A stretch of 64,000 nt of DNA. It comes from Patescibacteria group bacterium (GTDB lineage: Bacteria; Patescibacteriota; Doudnabacteria; UBA920; VMFF01). A model generated the notes under the pieces. That model worked only from the letters and a program-made list of their open reading frames with translations, did not search any database and was not told the origin of the DNA. The translations under genes and the position numbers were made by a program. The stretch covers positions 76,207 to 140,206 of the forward strand of contig JBBTQQ010000001.1 in assembly GCA_038065615.1 (NCBI GenBank). Direction: 5' to 3'. The stretch's first letter is position 1. Every line of letters begins with the position of its first letter. Positions 29,252-40,098 of the stretch are shown here, one piece after another.

Positions 29252-30502
29252 TTAAGCTATTCCAGGAACCGGATATTTTAAACTAAAGTCAATTACTGCT
29301 TGTTTAACTTCTTCAAGCTTTGCTTCGTCGTTCCTGTTGGTTATTGCACTATCAATTAAATCAGCGACTATGTCCATTTCATCTTCTTTCATGCCTCTTG
29401 TAGTTAGCGCAGGAGTTCCTAAACGGATTCCTGATGGATCCATTGGTTTTCTCTGGTCATACGGAACCATGTTTTTGTTTACAGAAATACCAATGTGCTC
29501 TAAAACTTTTTCAGCTTCTTTTCCTGTTACTCCTTTGCTTCCGAAAACATCAACTAACATCAGATGGTTGTCAGTACCTCCTGAAACAATACGATACCCT
29601 TTTTCGGCAAGCTTAGAAGCTAATCTTTTAGCATTCAAGATGATTTGATGGGTGTATGTTTGATATTCGGGTTTTAAAGCTTCTGCGAATGCGATTGCTT
29701 TAGCTGCATTAATATGATCATGCGGACCACCTTGTACTCCAGGAAATACTGCTTTGTCTATTGCAGAGGCAAACTGTTCTTTACACATGATTATGGCCCC
29801 TCTTGGTCCACGAAGAGTTTTGTGTGTTGTTGTCGCAACAACATCAAAATATGGCACTGGGCTGTCTAGTTGTTTTCCTGCGATTAAACCTGAAATATGA
29901 GCAATGTCCGCAAATGTGTATGCTCCAATTTTGTCCGCTATTTCTTTAAAACGCTTCCAATCTAATGTTCTTGAGTAGGCTGAAAATCCTGCAATAATCA
30001 TTTTTGGTTTTTCTGCTAAAGCGATCCTTTCAACCTCATCCATATCAATCTGCTCTGTTTCTTTGTTAACGGTATATGGGATTATATTGAAAAGCTTTCC
30101 TGAAAAGTTCATTGGATGACCATGGGTTAAATGTCCACCCTGATCAAGTGAAAGCCCTAGCACTTTGTCTCCTGGTTGTAAGAGCGCGAAGTACACCGCG
30201 ATGTTTGCAGGTCCACCTGAAAGAGGTTGAACATTAACATGCTCTGCTCCAAAAAGCTCTTTAGCACGTTCGATTGCTAAAGTTTCTGCTTTATCTATAA
30301 CTTCATTTCCACCATAGTATCTTTTTCCAGGATATCCTTCAGAGTATTTGTTTGTTAGGATGCTTCCCATTGCTTCAAGGACTGCTTCTGAAACATAGTT
30401 CTCAGAAGCGATTAACTCTAGTCCTTGTTTTTGTCTTTTTTCTTCTTCCTTTATTATTTCGTAGAGTACTGGATCTTGTTTTTGAATGTTTGAATAGTTC
30501 AT
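29252..30502 (-). CDS. glyA: Serine hydroxymethyltransferase
   Basis: LIASEN, EGYPGKRYYGG, TTTHKTLRGPRG. Confidence 0.98.
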   Translation of the reverse strand: MNYSNIQKQDPVLYEIIKEEEKRQKQGLELIASENYVSEAVLEAMGSILTNKYSEGYPGKRYYGGNEVIDKAETLAIERAKELFGAEHVNVQPLSGGPANIAVYFALLQPGDKVLGLSLDQGGHLTHGHPMNFSGKLFNIIPYTVNKETEQIDMDEVERIALAEKPKMIIAGFSAYSRTLDWKRFKEIADKIGAYTFADIAHISGLIAGKQLDSPVPYFDVVATTTHKTLRGPRGAIIMCKEQFASAIDKAVFPGVQGGPHDHINAAKAIAFAEALKPEYQTYTHQIILNAKRLASKLAEKGYRIVSGGTDNHLMLVDVFGSKGVTGKEAEKVLEHIGISVNKNMVPYDQRKPMDPSGIRLGTPALTTRGMKEDEMDIVADLIDSAITNRNDEAKLEEVKQAVIDFSLKYPVPGIA

Positions 30503-30588
30503 TGGATTTTAAAATTAAGAATCTTGTGGTTCTTTGTATATCTTTCTTTTCAGTTTTTTGAGAATTAGCTCATTTTTAAAATCTCCAG

Positions 30589-31257
30589 TTATTTTAACGC
30601 TGCAAAGATTTGTTTCTCTGAGATTGGGCCCTGGCGTAGCACCTCTATATCGATTTCTTCTTGTTTGCCAGTACCTTTTTTTGAAATCTTAACAAAGCTT
30701 GAAGGCTTAACCCTCTTAAGCTTCCCTGCATCTATAATTATATCAGGTTTAAACTTTCTGTCTTTAAACTGCGAAAGAACGTCTTTTAAGGAGTATGGAT
30801 CAAAACCGCCTTTTTCAGAAGCAAAGTTTGCGCTAGTTGCTGTGATTGGACCAGCTTTTTTGGCAAGATCTAAAGCAAAATTATTCTTTGCAGTACGAAT
30901 TCCGAGATATCCCGTGCGTGCAGTTAACTTTTTTAATACTTTATTTTTTGATTTTAAAGGCAGGGCCATTGAAAGAGGTCCTGGAATAAACTTTTTAGCA
31001 AGTTTTTCAGCAACTGAATTCCACTGAACATATTTTTTCGCAACAGCAATAGAAGGAACAAAAATATGAACCGGTTTTTTAAACCCTCTCTCCTTTATCT
31101 TATACATCCTCTCAATTGCTTTTTTGTTTGAAATTAAAGCAGCCAAACCATACGAAGTGTCTGTTGGATAGACAACGGTTTTTCCTTTTTTAAGGGAACT
31201 AACAGCAAACCTTAAAACTTTACTGTAATTGGTTTTGCTTAATTTCAGGATAATCAT
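30589..31257 (-). CDS. tsaC: L-threonylcarbamoyladenylate synthase (TsaC/Sua5 family)
   Basis: YPTDTSYGL, KER, PGPL, ATSAN. Confidence 0.9.
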   Translation of the reverse strand: MIILKLSKTNYSKVLRFAVSSLKKGKTVVYPTDTSYGLAALISNKKAIERMYKIKERGFKKPVHIFVPSIAVAKKYVQWNSVAEKLAKKFIPGPLSMALPLKSKNKVLKKLTARTGYLGIRTAKNNFALDLAKKAGPITATSANFASEKGGFDPYSLKDVLSQFKDRKFKPDIIIDAGKLKRVKPSSFVKISKKGTGKQEEIDIEVLRQGPISEKQIFAALK

Positions 31258-31276
31258 ATTCCAAGTATATCAAAAA

Positions 31277-31306
31277 TAACGGGTTGCCACACCTGGCAAC
31301 CCGTTA
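31277..31306 (-). terminator. Terminator after leuS
   Basis: taacgggttgcca/tggcaacccgtta. Confidence 0.7.
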
Positions 31307-31310
31307 CCCT

Positions 31311-33665
31311 TTAAACAACAAAGTTAATCAACCTGTCAGGAACAAACACTATTTTTCTAATCTTAGCTTTTGCAATTGCGTTGCTTACTGTTTCAATCTT
31401 TAAAGCTTCTACCTTTACTGCTTCTTCTGGCGAGCCCCTTAATATTGCTAAATTTCCTCTAAACTTTCCATTTACCTGAATTACATATTCAGAAGTTTGG
31501 GTTACCAGTTTGACTTTGTCATATACAGGCCACTTCTGGACAGTAACACTTCCTTTTCCTCCTAGCATTTTCCAAAACTCTTCTGAAATATGCGGTGCAA
31601 AAGGAGCTAGACATATTGCAAATTTCTTTAGTGTTTCTTTAGAAATATTTTCTCCAAAAACAGCATTAATGAATTCCATGAAAGAAGAAATCGCGGTGTT
31701 AAACTTCATGTCATTAATTGCATCACCGACTTTCTTGATTAACTTGTGTATTTCAACTTCTACCTTTTCTGAATCCTTGTTTTTGCTGGATGCATTTTTT
31801 TCAACAAGGCTCCAAGAACGCTGCAAGAAACGATATACACCTACAACTCCTTTTTCATTCCATGAGATTGTTTGTTCGTGTGGTCCTAAGAACAACTCAA
31901 ACATACGCAGGGCATCTGCACCATACTGCTTAATTATCGCATCAGGATTAGCAACGTTTCCTTTGGATTTAGACATCTTTTCACCATCTTCACCCAATAT
32001 GATCCCATGTGGTTGTCTGCGTTTGTAAGGTTCACTTACAGGAACCAAACCTTCATCAAACAAGAACTGATTCCAAAAGCGAGAATACAAAAGATGCAGA
32101 GTGGTATGCTCCATTCCCCCAAAGTATATGTCTATTGGCAACCAATACTTCAAACTCTTTAAATCAGCAAAACTCTTTTTATTCTTTGGATCTGCGTAAC
32201 GTAAATAGTACCAAGAGCTTCCGGCCCACTGCGGCATGGTGTTAGTTTCTCGTTTTGCTTTGGTTCCGCATTTTGGGCACTTTACATTAACCCACGATTC
32301 AATTGCAGCAAGCGGGGATTCTCCTGTGCCTGTTGGTTCATATTTCTTAACTTTGGGAAGTTTAACTGGAAGGTCTTTTTCAGGAACAGAAACAATTCCA
32401 CAATCAGGACAGTGAATTAAAGGAATTGGTTCACCCCAATATCTTTGTCTTGAAAAAACCCAATCTCGAAGTTTGTACTGAATCTTGCTTGTTCCAAATT
32501 TCTGAGTAATTCTTTTTTTTGCTTCTTGCCAATCAAGACCGTCAAACTCACCTGAGCTAATTAGCTTCCCTTTTTCATTAACAACAATACGCATTGGTAG
32601 TTTGTATTTCTTTGCAAATTGCTCATCTCTAACATCATGGCTTGGAACTGCCATAATCGCGCCGGTACCGTAAGAGATGAATACATAATCAGCAATGAAA
32701 ACAGGTATTAGTTCTTTTGTCGCCGGATTTATTGCAGACACCCCCTTTAATTCAAACCCAGTCTTTTCTTTTTCTAAAGCAGAACGCTGTAAATCAGTCT
32801 TGTTTTTTGCTTCTTCAATGTATTCTGAAACTTGATCCCAGTTTCTAATATTCTTCTGTAACTGTAAAAGCAATGGGTGCTCTGGAGCTAAAACCAAATA
32901 TGTTGCTCCGAATATTGTGTCTGGACGAGTAGTGAAGACTTTCACTTTTTGATTCTCACCAGCTATTTCAAACTCAATATCAGCACCTTCACTTCTTCCA
33001 ATCCAATTTTCTTGTTGCAACTTAACAGATTCAGGCCAATCTAAAGACTCAAGTCCATCGATTAATTTCTGCGCATATTTTGTTATCTTTAAATACCACT
33101 GCCGCATTTCTTTCTTTTCAACCGGAGTTCCACAACGCTCACATTTTCCATCAACAACTTCTTCGTTAGCTAGCCCTGTTTTGTCTTTAGGACACCAATT
33201 AATTAGCAATGTTGCTTCGTATGCTAATCCTTTTTTAAAAAACTGGAGGAAAAGCCACTGAGTCCATTTGTAGTATTCAGGATCAGTTGTGTTAACTTCT
33301 CTAGACCAATCAAAGCTTAACCCCAAAGAATTAATTTGTTTTTTGAAATTCTTAATATTCTGCGCTGTTGAAAGTTGCGGTTGCACCCCCATCTTTATGG
33401 CATAATTTTCTGCTGGCAAACCAAAAGCGTCCCAACCTAATGGGAACATTACTTCATTTCCTTGCGCTCTTAAAAATCTAGACGTTACATCAGCAGCAAC
33501 GTATGATCTTAAATGTCCTGTGTGTAAACCAGCTGCTGAAGGATATGGAAATTCAACAAGGATATATTTTTTTGGTTTCTTCGAAAAATTCTTTGAATAG
33601 TAAACTTTTTTCAAAGACCAAAATTTCTGCCATTTTTTCTCTATTTTCTCAGGATTGTACCGCAT
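31311..33665 (-). CDS. leuS: Leucine--tRNA ligase
   Basis: FPYPS...LHTGH, GWDAFGLPAEN, SRQRYWGEPIP, KMSKS. Confidence 0.96.
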   Translation of the reverse strand: MRYNPEKIEKKWQKFWSLKKVYYSKNFSKKPKKYILVEFPYPSAAGLHTGHLRSYVAADVTSRFLRAQGNEVMFPLGWDAFGLPAENYAIKMGVQPQLSTAQNIKNFKKQINSLGLSFDWSREVNTTDPEYYKWTQWLFLQFFKKGLAYEATLLINWCPKDKTGLANEEVVDGKCERCGTPVEKKEMRQWYLKITKYAQKLIDGLESLDWPESVKLQQENWIGRSEGADIEFEIAGENQKVKVFTTRPDTIFGATYLVLAPEHPLLLQLQKNIRNWDQVSEYIEEAKNKTDLQRSALEKEKTGFELKGVSAINPATKELIPVFIADYVFISYGTGAIMAVPSHDVRDEQFAKKYKLPMRIVVNEKGKLISSGEFDGLDWQEAKKRITQKFGTSKIQYKLRDWVFSRQRYWGEPIPLIHCPDCGIVSVPEKDLPVKLPKVKKYEPTGTGESPLAAIESWVNVKCPKCGTKAKRETNTMPQWAGSSWYYLRYADPKNKKSFADLKSLKYWLPIDIYFGGMEHTTLHLLYSRFWNQFLFDEGLVPVSEPYKRRQPHGIILGEDGEKMSKSKGNVANPDAIIKQYGADALRMFELFLGPHEQTISWNEKGVVGVYRFLQRSWSLVEKNASSKNKDSEKVEVEIHKLIKKVGDAINDMKFNTAISSFMEFINAVFGENISKETLKKFAICLAPFAPHISEEFWKMLGGKGSVTVQKWPVYDKVKLVTQTSEYVIQVNGKFRGNLAILRGSPEEAVKVEALKIETVSNAIAKAKIRKIVFVPDRLINFVV

Positions 33666-33668
33666 AAT

Positions 33669-34070
33669 TTAAATATTTCTCTTCGGACGGATAGTCATAG
33701 CTGCAAAAGCATTCATCAGGATTGCTAAAACAGACATATGAATTAAACCAACAACATAAATGTATTCTGCGGAAGTTTCTAAAACATCAAAATTTGAATA
33801 TATAACTATCAAGGCAGCAAGCAGTGTATACACATAACTACTTTGTCTAAAATGATATTTCCATTTAAAGTCTCTATGATCTTCTAATGTAATAACCGCG
33901 AAATTACCGATTAAAAGAAAAATCCCGCCGAAAATAACTAGAAGGAGTAAATACAAAGCATTGGGATGCCAAAGTGTTCCTAAGTCAGTACCATACGCAA
34001 TTAAAAATGTATCAACAATTGCGATTGGAAATACAAAGAAAAGATAGAAGATTGGGGTTAGTTTTTTCAT
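33669..34070 (-). CDS. Hypothetical membrane protein (about 4 TM)
   Basis: Hydrophobic segments; operon spacing. Confidence 0.6.
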   Translation of the reverse strand: MKKLTPIFYLFFVFPIAIVDTFLIAYGTDLGTLWHPNALYLLLLVIFGGIFLLIGNFAVITLEDHRDFKWKYHFRQSSYVYTLLAALIVIYSNFDVLETSAEYIYVVGLIHMSVLAILMNAFAAMTIRPKRNI

Positions 34071-34074
34071 TGTT

Positions 34075-34908
34075 TTAAATCTTAAACAAAGTTTTTGCGT
34101 TTAGAGTAGTTTTTTCACAAACTTCTTCAAAGCTTAATCCTTTAACCTCTGCGATGAACTGTGCTACATACCGCACATATTCAGGCAGATTTCTTTTACC
34201 GCGATATGGTGGTGGAGCAAGGTACGGAGCGTCTGTTTCTAGGACAATCCGCTCTAAAGGGCAGTTCTCTATTACTTCCTTTAAAACCCCGCTTTTATCA
34301 AAGGTAATTATACCATTTAAGCCAATGTATCCGCCAAGCTCTAAAAACCGCTGTGCCATATCCCAATTGCTTGTAAAGCTGTGAATTTCAAATCGAGAAG
34401 GCTTCTCATTTTTTAACATTTCTAAGATATCTTCGTAAGCATCCACAGAACCGTTTTGAGTACGACAGTGAATGACCAAAGCCTTGTCTAATTCTTTTGC
34501 TAATTTGATCTGTTGAAGAAATGCTTGCTTTTGAATTGTTTTGACTTCATCAAAAGTTTTATCTTCAGGAAGACGATAGTAATCAAGACCACACTCACCA
34601 ATTCCAACAACTTTTGGATCTTCTGCTAGTGCTTTGTAGTACTCATAATCAAAATGCTCTTCACGACTAATGAAGTGTGAATCTTCTTCGTCTATCTCCT
34701 GAGAAATTGTATGTACAGGATGTAGACCTATAACCGCGTAAACATTCTCATGATTTTTTGTTAAATCAACCGCTCTTTTAGAAGTATCTTTTTGTGTCCC
34801 CACGTTATTAATAATCACACCGGCTAGTAATGCTTGTGTGATTATCTGTTCTCTGTCTTCTTTAAACGCGGCAAGATTTACGTGCGCGTGAGTATCATAC
34901 AGTTTCAT
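34075..34908 (-). CDS. tatD: TatD-family nuclease
   Basis: DTHAH, GLHP, IGECGLDY, IHCR, HSF, ETDAPY. Confidence 0.94.
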   Translation of the reverse strand: MKLYDTHAHVNLAAFKEDREQIITQALLAGVIINNVGTQKDTSKRAVDLTKNHENVYAVIGLHPVHTISQEIDEEDSHFISREEHFDYEYYKALAEDPKVVGIGECGLDYYRLPEDKTFDEVKTIQKQAFLQQIKLAKELDKALVIHCRTQNGSVDAYEDILEMLKNEKPSRFEIHSFTSNWDMAQRFLELGGYIGLNGIITFDKSGVLKEVIENCPLERIVLETDAPYLAPPPYRGKRNLPEYVRYVAQFIAEVKGLSFEEVCEKTTLNAKTLFKI

Positions 34909-35506
34909 TGACTTGTTCTGGTTTCTTTTTAAATCTAACTAAGAATCTTTTTCCCATAACTTGTGCGTGAGTATATACACGACTTGCGTGAATATTGTAT
35001 TGAGCTATTTCTTTCTTCCATTTTTCTTCATCATCCTGAGTAACTAAATCAACAATTTCAAAACCATTTTGATCTAAGAGAGCAGGAAGCTCATCAAGAC
35101 TAAACGGCGTTGCTTTAGGAGTTAATGTTTCTACAACAACGACCTGACCATTTTCAGAGATAATCCTTTTCAATTCAAGAAATATTTCTAATTTTGCATT
35201 TTGATTCCTAGCAGGTTCTCCAAAAAGATTCCCTATGTAAACCTCATCAACTGAACCATCGGCAATTGGCAAATTTCTACCATCTGCTTCGACAAAATAA
35301 AAATTGTCAGGATACATAGAGCCTCGCATTTCCTACTTTATATCAACTCCGACATACATTTCATCCGCAGGAATTTCTTTTAAACCTGTTTCTGGAAAAG
35401 GATGAACAAAGTTACCTAGGTCAAGATATACTTTACGCGGCTGTAAACCACGTATCTCTCTTTGAGAGACAATCCTGTTATGTTCACTACGGTTTCCTGG
35501 CATCAT
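34895..35506 (-). pseudogene. Class I SAM-dependent methyltransferase-like gene interrupted by in-frame TAG (35333-35335)
   Basis: Frame opens at ATG 35506: ...KVYLDLGN...YVGVDIK*EMRGS...FVEADGRNLPIADGSVDEVY. Confidence 0.7.
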
Positions 35507-35508
35507 GG

Positions 35509-36936
35509 CTATTCGATCCTCGGAAAAAGCGGTTCGACTTTTGTAATCGAATCACTTTCAAATACTTTTCGTATTTTATCAGCTGTTTTAGGCATAAACG
35601 GTGCTAATGACAGCCCAATCAGCTTTACCTCAGCCCCTAGCACTGACAACACTGCATCAAGTTTTTCTTGGTTTGCACTATCCTTTGCCAAATCCCAAGG
35701 CTTTGTTTCATCAATATACTGGTTAGCCCAGGCAATTGCTTCCCAAATTCTTGCTAAAGCTTCATGAAAGCGAAAACCCTCAATCATTTCTAAAACTTCC
35801 TCTAGTTTATCGTGTGGTTCTACTATTTCTGATATTTCTCCATGAGAATATTTCTCAATCATATTTGTCAGACGAGAAACAAGGTTACCTAAACCATTAG
35901 CTAGATCACCGTCGTATCTTGCTTTTATCTTTTCTTCTGAAACATCTCCGTCTTGTCCAAAAGCAATTTCTCTCATCAAAAAATATCTAACAGCGTCGCT
36001 TCCGTATTTATTTACCCAGTCATTAGGATCAATGACATTACCCAAGCTCTTGCTCATCTTCTGGTTATTAGCTGTTAAATACCCATGGGCAACAACACCT
36101 TTTGGCATTTCAATATCAGCAGCTAACAAAAGTGCTGGCCAAATGATACAGTGGAATTTAATGATATCCTTACCAACAACATGCCATGTTGCTGGCCAAT
36201 GTTTTTTAAAGAGTTCTTTGTCGCCGTGAAATCCGATTCCTGAAACATAGTTAATTAAAGCATCAACCCAAACATAGACTGTTTGATTCTCATCCCAGGG
36301 CAAAGGAATTCCCCACTTAACGTTTGGTCTACTAATCGCAATGTCATTAAAACCTTGTTCTAATAGACTTAAGATTTCTTTGCGGTGTGCTTCTGACCAA
36401 ATTTTGAATTCATTCTTTTCTATTTTTTCTTTGATCTTGTCTGTAAAAACAGACACTTTAAAGAACCAATTTTTTTCTGTAATTGATTCTGGTTTGGTTT
36501 GGTGTTCTGGACAAACTCCATCTACCAATTCTTTCTCTGTTAAAAAAGCTTCGTGTCCAGTGCAGTAAAGACCTGTGTATTCTCCTTCGTACAAATATCC
36601 GTTTTTTTTTATTTTCTCCAAGATATCAGAAACAGCTGCAATGTGATCTTGATCTGTTGTTCTAACAAAACGATCAAAAGAAAGATCAAGGTTTTTCCAA
36701 GCCTCTTCAAAATATTTGTAAGTCTGGTCTGCGAAAGCCTGCGGTTCTAAGCCTTGTGCTTTAGCATAGTCTGCTATTTTAGCACCGTGTTCATCTGTTC
36801 CTGTCAGAAAGAAAGTTTGCTTACCCGCAAGCCTTGCAAGGCGTGCTAAAACATCTGAAGCCACCTTTTCGTAAGAGTGGCCAATGTGCGGTTTTCCGTT
36901 TATATAGTCAATCGCGGTAGTAATATAGTACTTCAT
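35509..36936 (-). CDS. metG: Methionine--tRNA ligase
   Basis: HIGH, TGTDEHG, YVWVDAL, GKDI, KMSKS. Confidence 0.97.
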   Translation of the reverse strand: MKYYITTAIDYINGKPHIGHSYEKVASDVLARLARLAGKQTFFLTGTDEHGAKIADYAKAQGLEPQAFADQTYKYFEEAWKNLDLSFDRFVRTTDQDHIAAVSDILEKIKKNGYLYEGEYTGLYCTGHEAFLTEKELVDGVCPEHQTKPESITEKNWFFKVSVFTDKIKEKIEKNEFKIWSEAHRKEILSLLEQGFNDIAISRPNVKWGIPLPWDENQTVYVWVDALINYVSGIGFHGDKELFKKHWPATWHVVGKDIIKFHCIIWPALLLAADIEMPKGVVAHGYLTANNQKMSKSLGNVIDPNDWVNKYGSDAVRYFLMREIAFGQDGDVSEEKIKARYDGDLANGLGNLVSRLTNMIEKYSHGEISEIVEPHDKLEEVLEMIEGFRFHEALARIWEAIAWANQYIDETKPWDLAKDSANQEKLDAVLSVLGAEVKLIGLSLAPFMPKTADKIRKVFESDSITKVEPLFPRIE

Positions 36937-36937
36937 G

Positions 36938-37963
36938 CTATGATTTGTCCTTTAAAGTATCCCATTCCTCGATTATTACTTGCATTACTGCAACAACTGG
37001 TACCGCAAGCAAAATACCAAAGATTCCAGCTAATTTAAATCCAATTAATATTGCTACTAAAATGACTAACGGAGAAACACCGACTGTTTTTTGCATAATC
37101 TTTGGAACCAAAACATATCCTTCAATCTTTGAAAGAACAAGATACGTAATCATAACAACAACAGCTAGAGTTGGACTTTGTAAGAAAGCAAAGAAGATTG
37201 CAGGTATTGCTGCTACAAAAGGACCAATGTACGGAATCAATTCAAAGAATCCACTCAAGATTGCAAGAACTAGAGCATACTTAACACCTAAAACTGTTAA
37301 AGCAATGAAAGTAATTGCAAATATGATTGCTGAGACTATGATCTGACCAATCATCCAAAGACCAATTTTCTTTTGAATCCTTGTGATGATGTGTAAGGCT
37401 TTTGGCTGACTTTCTTTTGGAACAAGTGTATATACAAAATTCTTCATCCCGTTCTTTTCAGCTAGTAAGTAGAAAGAAACGACTAACACTGTAACAATCT
37501 CAATGAAGCCATTAAAGACTCCTAGTGTTCTGCTGAAAAAGTTTTCTGAAAGATCATTAAACTGATTTGCAAGCGACTGAACATTCTTGCTAACAATTTC
37601 TGTTAAATTAAATTCACTTAAGAAACTACCTGGTCCTATCTTGCTTGAAATTTCACTTGCTAGAAAATCATTATTTGTCACCTGCTGGAATTGTTGAATC
37701 ACAGGAGGAGTTACTAAGAAACCAATCAAAACAACAAAAGCAAGGGCGATTATGTAAACCGCAACAACGCTAACGCTTCTTGGAATGCGCCACTGCAAAA
37801 GCATTTCCACTAAAGGTTCAAGAGCTGATGCTAGAGTTATTGAAATCAAAAGCAGGATCAATATGTCTTTTATTGTCCATGCAAAAAACAAAATCAGACC
37901 AAGAACAGTGATCTTAACAAGTGTTGATGTAGCTACGCTTATATCTGTCTCTCTATTAAACAT
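36938..37963 (-). CDS. AI-2E family (PerM) transporter
   Basis: Multi-TM; ELIPYIGP, IEGYVLVPKIM, GILLAVP. Confidence 0.88.
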   Translation of the reverse strand: MFNRETDISVATSTLVKITVLGLILFFAWTIKDILILLLISITLASALEPLVEMLLQWRIPRSVSVVAVYIIALAFVVLIGFLVTPPVIQQFQQVTNNDFLASEISSKIGPGSFLSEFNLTEIVSKNVQSLANQFNDLSENFFSRTLGVFNGFIEIVTVLVVSFYLLAEKNGMKNFVYTLVPKESQPKALHIITRIQKKIGLWMIGQIIVSAIIFAITFIALTVLGVKYALVLAILSGFFELIPYIGPFVAAIPAIFFAFLQSPTLAVVVMITYLVLSKIEGYVLVPKIMQKTVGVSPLVILVAILIGFKLAGIFGILLAVPVVAVMQVIIEEWDTLKDKS

Positions 37964-37969
37964 CTGTAA

Positions 37970-38827
37970 TTACAATCCCCTTCTTATCTTCTTTAAAAGC
38001 TGTATATCTGCCCTCACTTTATCATGTTCTGTCTCCAAAATCAAAAGCTTTTGCTCTTTAGTTTTCTTTTCTAATTCTTTGAAAAACCTAAGTATTTCAG
38101 TAAAACCTTCTTTCCCTATTAACCCATCATCAATGTGCTCATGCCTGTCTTTATGACTCCCAAGCTCAACCTTAGAATCATTACAATGAGACATTCTCAA
38201 ATACTTAAAACCAATCTTTTTTTCAAAGTTAGCAAAGGTCTGTTTAACCGCCTTTTTATCTCTTAAATTATATCCGCTTGCAAAAGCATGTTGGGTATCA
38301 AAACAGATTCCTCCAAATGTTTTATATTTCTTTAAAGCTTTAACAAGTTTTGCTAATTCTTCAAAGCTATCACCTATTACTTCTCCTGCCCCTGCTGATA
38401 TTTCAATCAAGAACAAAGTCTTGCCTTTGTAACCGTCTAAAACCTTTTTCAACCCTTTTATGACCTGTTCTTCTCCTTTTTTCTGTCCTAAGTCTTTAAA
38501 ACTTCCAAGATGAACCATTAAATATGTTGCGCCTAATAAACTGGATCTTTCCAACTCTTCTCTAACAACAGAAACAGAACCAAAGAATGTTCTGTTGTTC
38601 GCACTCCCAAAGTTTATAAAATATGGAGCATGCACAACAAATTCTTCAAATCCATATTTCTTCATCTGAGATTTAAACTCTGATATAACTGGTTTGGTTA
38701 AGCCCAAAGCTTTACCCCCTTGAGGAGAACGAGTAAATATCTGAAAAGTTTCGCAACCTAATTCATGGGCTCGTTGTGGTGCATTAACAACTCCCCCCGC
38801 TATTGAAACATGGCATCCTATTTTCAT
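37970..38827 (-). CDS. nfo: Endonuclease IV
   Basis: GCHVSIAGG, HAPYFIN, CFDTQHAFASG, DRHEHI. Confidence 0.94.
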   Translation of the reverse strand: MKIGCHVSIAGGVVNAPQRAHELGCETFQIFTRSPQGGKALGLTKPVISEFKSQMKKYGFEEFVVHAPYFINFGSANNRTFFGSVSVVREELERSSLLGATYLMVHLGSFKDLGQKKGEEQVIKGLKKVLDGYKGKTLFLIEISAGAGEVIGDSFEELAKLVKALKKYKTFGGICFDTQHAFASGYNLRDKKAVKQTFANFEKKIGFKYLRMSHCNDSKVELGSHKDRHEHIDDGLIGKEGFTEILRFFKELEKKTKEQKLLILETEHDKVRADIQLLKKIRRGL

Positions 38828-38829
38828 GG

Positions 38830-40098
38830 CTATATCTTTAATTCTTTTTCAAAAGAAGCTCTTTCTTTGAATGGTCCAATTATTGCTAGGCTCATATTTT
38901 TCTCTCGGAATATCTCTTTAGCGATATTATGTATATCTTTAACAGTAACGGCTTCAACTTCTGCAAGAAAACTATCAATACTTTTTAACTTGTTTATGAA
39001 AGCAAAGTGATCCATATACCAATCAAGATTTCTATGCCTGTTTTCAAAAGCTAATGCTATTTTGCCTCGGACAAAATCCTTTGCTCGCTTTAATTCCTTG
39101 GTACTTACTGAGTTATTCTTAACGCTTTTGAGTTGTTTTAATATCTCAATCAAAGCTTGCTTTGTTTTTTCAACCTGAAGTCCTGCATGGATTGTAAAGT
39201 TTCCAGTGTCGTGATACGGGGCGTTTGAAGCTGAAACATGATATGCTAAGCCCCTTTTCTCTCGTATTTCAACAAACAACCTAGAACTCATGTTACCTCC
39301 TAAGATGTTTGCTAAAAGCATTGTAGCCGCGTTTTTCTTAGACGCATGATCAAAACTTTTAAAGCCCAGGGCAAAATGCGCTTGCTGTGTGTCTTTATGA
39401 ATTACAGTTAGGTTTGATTTTTTCTGTGTTGTTTCTTTGTGCTTGTGCTTTGGGGTTTTCTTGTTCTTTAACTTACCCCAGGTGTTTTTAATTCTCTCTA
39501 GAGCTTGCTTTAAATCAAAGTTCCCTGATATGCCCAAAATTACATTGGAGGGTTGATAGAAAGCATTTTTGTATTTCAAAACATTAGAGCGTTTCATTTT
39601 CCGAATGCTTTGTCTGGTTCCTAAGATTTCCCAACCAAGTGTTGAGTCTGGCCACATTATTTCCTCCAAATGATTCTCAACCTGACTTGCCGGCATATCC
39701 TCGTACTGGTTTATCTCCTCCACTATGACTCCCTTTTCTTTGTTTAACTCTGTCTCTTTAAATAATGGGTTTAAAACCACATCTGAAAGAACATCAAAGA
39801 TTAAATCAAAATGATGTTTTTCCGCCTTTATGTAAAACTCGGTTGCTTCTTTAGATGTTGAAGCATTAAAATCTCCGCCAATCGCATCTACGATCTGAGA
39901 AATATCTGTTGGCTTTGGATATTTTTTACTTCCTTTGAAAAAAACATGCTCCAAAAAATGTGATATTCCGGCTATCTCCTTGCTTTCATACCTACTGCCT
40001 ACTTTAACAAGTATTGTAAAAAGCACTGACTTGGAGTCAGGCAAATTTACTAAAAGAACATTCAAACCATTTTTAAATGTTTTGTGTGTTAATTGCAT
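38830..40098 (-). CDS. M16-family (pitrilysin) zinc peptidase
   Basis: HFLEH inverted motif, SRLFVEIREKRGLAY. Confidence 0.92.
   Translation of the reverse strand: MQLTHKTFKNGLNVLLVNLPDSKSVLFTILVKVGSRYESKEIAGISHFLEHVFFKGSKKYPKPTDISQIVDAIGGDFNASTSKEATEFYIKAEKHHFDLIFDVLSDVVLNPLFKETELNKEKGVIVEEINQYEDMPASQVENHLEEIMWPDSTLGWEILGTRQSIRKMKRSNVLKYKNAFYQPSNVILGISGNFDLKQALERIKNTWGKLKNKKTPKHKHKETTQKKSNLTVIHKDTQQAHFALGFKSFDHASKKNAATMLLANILGGNMSSRLFVEIREKRGLAYHVSASNAPYHDTGNFTIHAGLQVEKTKQALIEILKQLKSVKNNSVSTKELKRAKDFVRGKIALAFENRHRNLDWYMDHFAFINKLKSIDSFLAEVEAVTVKDIHNIAKEIFREKNMSLAIIGPFKERASFEKELKI

Noticed and set aside
35333-35335. Link between the tRNA-like RNAs (loops contain UUA) and suppression of this TAG
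   Set aside because: UUA is not centred in the loop and lacks a preceding U33; there is no positive evidence.
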